From the human T2T-CHM13v2.0 reference genome, Homo sapiens: a DNA stretch of 64,000 bases. The translations under genes and the position numbers were made by a program. Below, in pieces: positions 47,101-64,000 of this stretch. The stretch is from assembly GCF_009914755.1 (NCBI RefSeq), contig NC_060946.1, one strand, 5' to 3'. Every line of letters begins with the position of its first letter. Within the stretch, counting starts at the first letter, position 1. The notes below the pieces were generated by a model. That model made no database searches and was not told where the DNA came from. It saw only the letters and a program-made list of their open reading frames with translations.

Positions 47101-47660
47101 AGGAGGCCATGGTGAGCCGCCTGTCTGCCACCCTCCACGACCCGCGGTACGTCTTCGCCACGCTGCTGGATCCTCGCTACAAGGCCTCCCTGTTTACGGA
47201 GGAGGAGGCGGAGCAGTACAAACAGGATTTAATCAGGGAACTCGAACTCATGAATTCTACCTCAGAGGACGTGGCTGCCTCCCACAGGTGTGATGCTGGC
47301 TCCCCGTCGAAAGACTCTGCCGCAGAGGAGAACCTGTGGTCACTTGTGGCCAAGGTGAAGAAGAAAGACCCAAGAGAAAAGCTGCCTGAAGCCATGGTGC
47401 TTGCGTATCTGGAGGAGGAGGTGCTTGAACACAGCTGTGACCCGCTCACCTACTGGAACCTGAAGAAGGCGTCCTGGCCGGGGCTGTCCGCGCTGGCCGT
47501 CAGATTTTTGGGCTGCCCCCCAAGCATCGTCCCTTCAGAAAAGCTGTTCAACACACCCACTGAGAACGGTAGCCTTGGCCAATCCAGGCTCATGATGGAA
47601 CATTTTGAAAAACTTATCTTTTTGAAAGTGAATCTTCCCTTAATATACTTTCAGTATTGA
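44145..47660 (+). CDS. ZBED4: Zinc finger BED domain-containing protein 4 (domesticated hAT transposase), 1171 aa
   Basis: Uninterrupted ORF with strong Kozak (GTCATGG). Four BED fingers (SxxWxHF...CxxC...LxRHxxxxH) starting near aa 115, 285, 456, 558; hAT core (VTDNAS, CFSH, SKWST); C-terminal hATC dimerisation domain (DPLTYW...[12 protein letters not shown]...SEKLF). Confidence 0.98.
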   Translation: MENNLKTCPKEDGDFVSDKIKFKIEEEDDDGIPPDSLERMDFKSEQEDMKQTDSGGERAGLGGTGCSCKPPGKYLSAESEDDYGALFSQYSSTLYDVAMEAVTQSLLSSRNMSSRKKSPAWKHFFISPRDSTKAICMYCVKEFSRGKNEKDLSTSCLMRHVRRAHPTVLIQENGSVSAVSSFPSPSLLLPPQPADAGDLSTILSPIKLVQKVASKIPSPDRITEESVSVVSSEEISSDMSVSEKCGREEALVGSSPHLPALHYDEPAENLAEKSLPLPKSTSGSRRRSAVWKHFYLSPLDNSKAVCIHCMNEFSRGKNGKDLGTSCLIRHMWRAHRAIVLQENGGTGIPPLYSTPPTLLPSLLPPEGELSSVSSSPVKPVRESPSASSSPDRLTEDLQSHLNPGDGLMEDVAAFSSSDDVGEASASSPEKQQADGLSPRLFESGAIFQQNKKVMKRLKSEVWHHFSLAPMDSLKAECRYCGCAISRGKKGDVGTSCLMRHLYRRHPEVVGSQKGFLGASLANSPYATLASAESSSSKLTDLPTVVTKNNQVMFPVNSKKTSKLWNHFSICSADSTKVVCLHCGRTISRGKKPTNLGTSCLLRHLQRFHSNVLKTEVSETARPSSPDTRVPRGTELSGASSFDDTNEKFYDSHPVAKKITSLIAEMIALDLQPYSFVDNVGFNRLLEYLKPQYSLPAPSYFSRTAIPGMYDNVKQIIMSHLKEAESGVIHFTSGIWMSNQTREYLTLTAHWVSFESPARPRCDDHHCSALLDVSQVDCDYSGNSIQKQLECWWEAWVTSTGLQVGITVTDNASIGKTLNEGEHSSVQCFSHTVNLIVSEAIKSQRMVQNLLSLARKICERVHRSPKAKEKLAELQREYALPQHHLIQDVPSKWSTSFHMLERLIEQKRAINEMSVECNFRELISCDQWEVMQSVCRALKPFEAASREMSTQMSTLSQVIPMVHILNRKVEMLFEETMGIDTMLRSLKEAMVSRLSATLHDPRYVFATLLDPRYKASLFTEEEAEQYKQDLIRELELMNSTSEDVAASHRCDAGSPSKDSAAEENLWSLVAKVKKKDPREKLPEAMVLAYLEEEVLEHSCDPLTYWNLKKASWPGLSALAVRFLGCPPSIVPSEKLFNTPTENGSLGQSRLMMEHFEKLIFLKVNLPLIYFQY

Positions 47661-49684
47661 AACTCACGACGGCACCACTAGGCCAGAGGCGTGGCTGCCC
47701 CAGCGTTAGCAGCCTGTACCAGGTCTATGACCCGCTCTGCCCACGGCTGTGTACGACATCAGACCAGGCACTCTCAGGGCCGCTCTCCAGCTCACCACAG
47801 TGTCTCCACGTGCCTTACCCCTTCTCCTTCAGGCCAAGTTTCGCGGGGTGTTTTATTAAGACGTCCACTAGAAATAGCTTGTCCTGTCAACTATGAAATA
47901 TGGTGACTAGATTTTAATTCATAACCGTAAAGTTTTTTAAAGTTTTGGGTTAGTAATTTGTTTTACTAGAATGACAAAGAAGATGTAAACCATTTTATTC
48001 TGTAGGCTTTTTACTCAATTATGTACAAACCACAAATCAGGTACTGTATTTTAGTGAAGCATTGCTTTAATTGCAACAGAATAGCTTTTGTGGCTATCAA
48101 ATGAAATCTGTAAATAGGAGGTGGAGGGCAAGCCATCCTGACTGAGCAGTTTTTAACCGCAGGTTCTAAAGTGTCCCGCGGAGTACAGATAATATTCTGG
48201 AAGGTAACTGTTTACTACGACAGAGACGTGGCATTTGGAAACGAAACTTAGATGTTTCATGGAGCTTATTTTGAGAACTTTCCCATTTCAGGTTTCTGCA
48301 TTCAGGCTTTACATGGTCAGTTAACTCAGAGATACCCCAGCTGTTTATCATCAGCTCCTCTGAAATGTGATCCCTTTGTAACTGTGCTCATCACTTCGCC
48401 AGTGCGTTCAATGACACGCTGATGGCAGGTGGTCCCTGCTGAAACCCCCACGCCTCCGCTTCAGCATCTCCACGCTCTGAAGCTGTCTTTCAAAATGTGT
48501 GCACTGACCCCCTTGTTTGATCAAATTTGTGTAAAATTTTTTTAGAAGAGATGGCTTATTAACAGGGAAGAAGCTTGTTATATTCCAGTTGTAAGAATAG
48601 CCTTAGTGTTTAGATTTTTTTATGATAGGGAAGATGCGGCCATCACTGGGATATTTTCAAATCCCAAGGACATCAGAGTGAAGTGTCAGTTGTCAGATGA
48701 TTTTAAAAGTTATGTCTTCAGAGAAAAAAAGATTCATTTTCTCATTTTAAGCCAATTAAATATTCTGAGTGAGACTAATCACTCATTTGCCTACGACCTT
48801 TTAGAAAAGTTGTTTTGTTGAAATACTGTACGTACGCTTAATCTAAATTTGCATTGACTATGTTTTAGTGTATTTATAAATGGTGAACTCAGTTTCTGAA
48901 ATTAAACTTCTTATTTGCAATTTTCTAGTGCTGGCAGACACTGGCTTTTTATTTTTAGGATAAGAAAACAGGCATATTCTTTGTGGTCCATTATCTAGAG
49001 CCCATACTTGGGCAGCATTTGAAATTTCACCTTAACCACAGACAGGGCTCCAGGGAAGTGGAGATGTAATTCTTACAACAACAGTTCTGATCATGGCCAT
49101 GGTGATGACTTTCCAGGTCTCGTGTTCAAGTGGTGCCAGAATGCAGGAGCCGGTGGGCAGCCCTGAGGGGTTGCCTTGGCCGCAGCCTCTGTGCACGCTC
49201 TTCCTGGTGTCCTCTTACCCGGTAGCTGTGCGCTTGTTCCCGTGAGAACAGCCTGCTTCCAGAGTGCCCAGGAGTGCTGGTCAGGGACAGTGCCCGTGAG
49301 GCTGCAGAGGAGGTGGGGTCCATGGCCCACCCATCTCTCCCTCGCCAGCAGCCCTGGCCAGTGTCATCCTGGTGTAGAAAGGGTTGCGCACAGGATAGGA
49401 GGGAGCCACAGTTCTTGCTTAGCTGTGCTCACGACCGGCTTGCAGTCCTGTGTTTCTTAAGATTGTATTTGGAATGGTAATATCCTTAGAATTTTGGGAT
49501 ATTGAGCTTCATGGATTTTCTCTCCAAAACAAGCCAGCACAACTAACTGTAGCAGAATTGTATCCACTCATTCATTCAACTGAGATGAAGTGCCCTCCCT
49601 TTTCCAGGGCCTGGGCTAGTTCCTGGAATGCAACAGAGATTTCCGTGGACACAGTCTCTAGTCTCACAGAGCATATAGTCTAGT

Positions 49685-49923
49685 CCACGATTGGCAAGCT
49701 GCAACCACAGACCCAGTCCGGCACTCTGCCCATTTTTCTAAGTGAAATTTTCTTGGAATACAGTCACAGCTGTTTTTTTAACATGGTGTCTTGGCTACTT
49801 TCAGGCTGCGACGGGAGAATTGAATAGTTGTGACAGAGACCACAGGCCCACTGAAAGGGACAAACAGGGCTGAAAATACTCACTGTTTGGCCCTTTCCAG
49901 AATAGCAAGTTTGCTGGCCCTTG
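49685..49923. mobile_element. MER58A-like hAT-Charlie MITE in the ZBED4 3' UTR
   Basis: TTGAATAGTTGTGACAGAGACCAC.GGCCC, AAAATACT.ACT.T.TGGCCCTTT.CAGAA, AAGTTTGCTG.CCC. Confidence 0.75.
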
Positions 49924-50416
49924 AGCTAGCCTGCCTTTATGGGGTTTTTTTTGTTTGTTTTTTTAAGCTTTCAGCTTCATGCTGCTGTATTTTTAGTTGA
50001 AGTGTTCTGAGTAACAGTCAGTGTATAAAAGGGGATTGCAGAAAAAAATGAGGGCTTGCTTTACTCAACAGAAAATATGGCCCTTCCTGAATGACACTAG
50101 GAGAGTCATTTTATCTCATACATTCCCTTCATTTCGTTGGTGGACATTTGTTGAAACCGGCACTCAATGGTCAAACCGTCTGTGCCCTCCAGTTGCTGAC
50201 AGTCCTGCAGGAAGATGGACAAGAGGCCCAGTGCTGACAGTCACACGACTCTCACTACTTGAATGAGGGGACTGTGGGTGCAACTAGAAAATATGTTGAT
50301 TCTTAGCCATTCCCACCTTGCCTCTCCGTTCAGAACCCCAGCTGCGAGCTGTTTGTTTCCCTGCCTGGAAATGATGTTTTAGGCAGGTTCCTTAATTTCT
50401 CAGGTCTGTCTCAGAT

Positions 50417-50422
50417 AATAAA
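50417..50422 (+). terminator. ZBED4: Polyadenylation signal, likely the ZBED4 distal site
   Basis: AATAAA at the end of unique 3' UTR-like sequence, immediately before repeat DNA. Confidence 0.65.
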
Positions 50423-50482
50423 AAGCTCTTTGTATGAGCCTCAGAACTGTCTCTTCAGTGAATGAAATTACCAGTCATTATA

Positions 50483-52325
<1,843 letters not shown>

Positions 52326-52339
52326 TGCAATAATAAAAC

Positions 52340-55240
<2,901 letters not shown>

Positions 55241-55757
55241 GTGTCCTGACTGACCACTCCCTCTGGCCCCAGTGACCATCCTGCCGGACGGCCGTCTCCT
55301 CCCTGGTTGAGCAGCCTTGAGCAAGGGTAGCAGTGGGCAGTGTGTGGAGGCCAGAGGCCTCTCACGTCCACCCACCCCAAAGGCACTGCCCTGGGGGACA
55401 GCTGAGTGAGGAGAGAGGGAGACACCCTTGAAGCAGGGAGGGGAGAGTTGGAGGGAGTCACATGTGGGAGTGAAGCCCAGGAGGAGGAGGAGGGGCAGGA
55501 GCATTGCCGCTGGGGGCAGACAGGCTGATGGAGGGAGAGGGGAGGCTCTGAGCCCCAGGTGACACCATGCTGTACACATTGCTTTACAGCCCATCTTTCT
55601 ATGTTAGTAAACCCACTTCATTATTTTATAGGGCTCTGTGGCTGTATTCAGTATTTTATCACCATAAAAATTCTCATTGGAGCTTCTGAGTTGAGAGGCA
55701 GAGGCATTTGCAGGGGTAAGTCTTCCCATCCTCCTGCTCTAACATCCACTCGCTTCA

Positions 55758-60655
<4,898 letters not shown>

Positions 60656-61924
60656 CAAGCCAAAGTGCAAAAGAGCCTACAAAGAATGCTCCGTCTAGGA
60701 AAGAGGGGAATATATGTGTAATGTTTATCTTTACAAAATTAAACACATGGGAGATAAACCAGGAGACAATTATGCTCATTACCAAAAAGCGAGGAGGAGG
60801 TACAGGAGGGAGTGGCTCCCTGCATCTGTCTTCAGGGGCAGTTTTGACATCTAGAAGGATGGTCACACTCTACAAACCTAACAGGATGGGGGTGTGGGGT
60901 ATGGTGGGAGGCACAAGACTGAAAGCAAACGGGAAGGATGAACCCAGCTGTATTTCCAACGAAGGCACCACTACACTGACGGTGGAGAAGCCGACCCAAG
61001 GAACTCATGAGCACAGTGCTTGACGGCACCCGCAGTTGTGGGCAGGGAGTGAACTGCACACAATCCCGACCTCTTCATGGTGGGTTTGTTTTTGCAATCC
61101 TGTGGCAAAGCTGCACTGGAGCTCTCGAGCAGGCGTGCACTGGACTCCCTAGCAGATGCGTGAGGATGCTGCTGTTGCTGGGGGCCAGGGTCCTCAGGGT
61201 GGAGATGGGGGGTGGGGGAGAACCGTGCAAGGTGGGACGGAATCCAGGCACGGTTCTGTGCTGTTTCAGATCTGTACACACATATTACATATGTACGTGT
61301 GCAACTGCACGCAGCATGCCTGTCCTCCCTAGCCTGTCCACAGAAAGGGCCTAAAGCTCAGGCACCCCGTGGCATCGAGCACACCTCGTGTCTAGATCCC
61401 GGTCTCTAACGCTGTTCCCCACCAAAGGGAGCCAAGACCCACAGAGCAATGGCCGAGGCCAGAGGCCCAAGAGGACGCCCTGCCATGCCTGGTCATGAGG
61501 AGGTGCTCGAAGGAGAGGCACGGCACACAGGCAGAGCATGGCAGGGTTCCCGCCAGCAAATCTCGTACACTTTGAACACCAGGATAATTAAAGACAGGAG
61601 TGACTCACAGACCACTGAAGTCGGGAGGCAATCCACATGTGGCCAGCGATAAAAGAGAACAAACGAGCGTGGATAACCAGTGAATACCTGAGACACACAG
61701 GTGGATGGATGGGGGAGGGAGCCCATGTCTGTGGGATGCTGGGGCCAGGAAGCCTGCTCTCCAGCCCTCACCATCTGGCCTCTGTGGGAGTCAGGAAGTG
61801 TCTGCACAGATGTTCGCCAGACGCAATGGGAAAACCAGGAGGCATCAGGTGGAGAGGCAGCCCCAGGGCACCTGGGCAACAGCCACAAGCTCTCAAAGAG
61901 CACAGGAAGAAATCATGTCTTTAT

Positions 61925-63510
61925 GCACACGTGTGTGCATGTGTGGTATGTATGCATGGTGTGTGCACGTGTGCATTGTGTGCATGATTGCATTGTGTGG
62001 TGTGTATGCATGGTGTGTGCACGTGTGCATTGTGTGTGCACGATTGCATTGTGTGGTGTGTATGCATGGTGTGTGCACCTGTGCATTGTGTGTGTGCATG
62101 CGTGGTGGGTATGTATGGTGTGTGCACGTGTGATCATGCATGTATGGTGTGTATGCATGGTGTGCGCATCTGTGCATTGTGTGTGGATGCATGTGTGGTG
62201 TGTATGCATGGTGTGCACGTGCATTGTGCATGCGTGGTGTATGCATGGTAATGTGCACGTGTGCACTGTGTGTGGTATGTATGCATGGTGTGTGCACGTG
62301 TGCACTGTGTGTATGCATGGTGTGTGCACGTGTGCACTGTGTGTGGTGTGTATTCATGGTGTGTGCACGTGTGCACTGTGTGTATGCATGGTAATGTGCA
62401 CGCATGCACTGTGTGTATGCACGGTAATGTGCACGTGTGCACTGTGTGTGGTGTGTATGCATGGTGTGTGCACGTGTGCACTGTGTATGCATGGTAATGT
62501 GCACGCGTGCACTGTGTGTATGCATGGTAACGTACACGTGTGCACTGTGTGTGGTGTGCATGCATGGTGTGTGCACGTGTGCACTGTGTATGCATGGTAA
62601 TGTGCACGTGTGCACTGTGTGTGGTGTGTATGCATGGTGTGTGCACGTGTGCACTGTGTGTGGTGTGTATGCATGGTGTGTGCACATGTGCACTGTGTGG
62701 TGTGTATGCATGGTGTGTGCACGTGTGCACTGTGTATGCATGGTGTGTGCATGTGTGCACTGTATGCATAGTGTGCACGTGTGCACTGTGTGTGGATGCA
62801 TGGTAATGTGCACGTGTGCACTGTGTGTGGTGTGTATGCATGGTGTGTGCACGTGTGCACGGTGTGTGGTGTGTATGCATGGTGTGTGCACATGTGCACT
62901 GTGTATGCATGGTGTGTGCACGTGTGCACTGTGTATGCATGGTGTGTGCACGTGTGCACTGTGTGGTGTGTATGCATGGTGTGTGCACATGTGCACTGTG
63001 TATGCATGGTAATGTGCACGCGTGCACTGTGTGTATGCATGGTAATGTGCACGTGTGCACTGTGTGTGGTGTGTATGCATGGTGTGTGCACGTGTGCACT
63101 GTGTATGCATGGTAATGTGCACGTGTGCACTGTGTGGTGTGTATGCATGGTGTGTGCACGTGTGCACTGTGTATGCATAGTGTGTGCACGTGTGCACTGT
63201 GTGTGGATGCATGGTAATGTGCACGTGTGCACTGTGTGTGGTGTGTATGCATGGTGTGTGCACGTGTGCACGGTGTGTGGTGTGTATGCATGGTGTGTGC
63301 ACGTGTGCACTGTGTATGCATAGTGTGTGCACGTGTGCACTGTGTGTGGATGCATGGTAATGTGCACGTGTGCACTGTGTGTGGTGTGTATGCATGGTGT
63401 GTGCACGTGTGCACGGTGTGTGGTGTGTATGCATGGTGTGTGCACGTGTGCACTGTGTGCATGCGTGTGTGGTGTGTGTGCATGTATGCATGGTGTGTGC
63501 ATACGTGTGC
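61925..63510. repeat. TG-rich minisatellite (~30-37 bp variant units, ~143-bp higher-order repeat)
   Basis: Repeating TATGCATGGTGTGTGCACGTGTGCACTGTG(TG)(TGGTG) with a GGTAATGTGCAC variant. Confidence 0.95.
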
Positions 63511-63694
63511 AGCAGCACCTGGTCCCATCTCCAGTGCCCAGCAGCATCACACGCACTTTGGTGCTTTATAAATGCATGGTCAGTGAGGCTGACAGCACCA
63601 AGCTGTCCCTTTACCATAACACCTGGAATAGTCACCTGTGATAAGCTATCACATAGGAAACATTTTTAAAATTTCATTCTCATTATTTTCTGTA

Positions 63695-64000
63695 ATCTTG
63701 AGAGGTTCCAATCAACATTTATTGCCTTATTCTTTTTATCTCATTCCTTTTTGAATGTGTTTATCTCCTAAGATTTTATCTGTGATGGAGATGGGATGCC
63801 TGTGAATACAAAAGTTGCAGTGGTGGCACCAGGGTGGGGGGGTGCGGCCGGGGCCACCATGGTCTCCCCTGAGAGGGGGTGCTGTCTTAGGTGCCCCAAG
63901 AGGCCCTCGGGCAGCAAGCGTGGGGTGCTGCCAAAATACAGCTCCCCCTGGGTGGGCAGGACACACGTGGCCTCCTGGCAGACAGGTGCCTGGGTGAGCC
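63695..64000 (-). other. ALG12: Probable 3' UTR end of the convergent neighbouring gene (likely ALG12)
   Basis: TTTATT at 63718-63723 (AATAAA on minus); gene identity rests only on recalled gene order ZBED4 then ALG12, and no ALG12 CDS is in the window. Confidence 0.5.

Larger units (their letters stand above)
43816..50440 (+). other. ZBED4: ZBED4 exon 2 (329 nt of 5' UTR, entire CDS, ~2.8 kb 3' UTR; end approximate)
   Basis: Acceptor TTTCATCTCTTATAG| at 43815; AATAAA at 50417-50422. Confidence 0.75.

Noticed and set aside
43816-50440. ZBED4 as an autonomous active hAT transposon
   Set aside because: No terminal inverted repeats or 8-bp TSD seen, first catalytic Asp replaced, and host-type promoter and intron
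61701-63669. Long His/Thr/Cys- or Cys/Val-rich ORFs (up to 580 aa) resembling metal-binding proteins
   Set aside because: Translations of a TG/CA minisatellite lacking stops in multiple frames; no promoter or splice support

Overview
Human (primate) genomic DNA that I recognise as the ZBED4 locus (22q13.33, from recall). The only credible protein-coding sequence is ZBED4 (44145-47660, +, 1171 aa), a domesticated hAT transposase with four BED zinc fingers. It is encoded entirely in exon 2, behind a short non-coding exon 1 (~14142-14282) in a CpG-island promoter and a ~29.5 kb intron. The far right end probably holds the 3' end of the convergent minus-strand neighbour, likely ALG12. The rest is about 60 Alu copies or fragments, old L1 remnants, MER21 and MLT1 LTRs, and DNA-transposon fossils (MER53, MER47, Tigger3a, Tigger1, piggyBac MER75, MER58, near full-length HSMAR2). 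There is also a second orphan CpG island and four tandem repeats. I found no new multi-gene system. The best leads are: (1) a ZBED4 5' leader with ~14 upstream AUGs, a splice-created TAATG stop/start overlap and a recursive-splice-like acceptor; (2) a candidate upstream exon that may link the orphan CpG island to ZBED4; (3) a young AluYb8 inserted in a 42-bp CCAAT/acceptor-bearing VNTR; (4) a 136-bp tandem triplication inside an Alu; (5) a sense-oriented MER75 that could act as an exon trap; (6) a motif-dense TG-rich VNTR. Repeat family names come from recalled consensus sequences, not a database search, and repeat boundaries are approximate.
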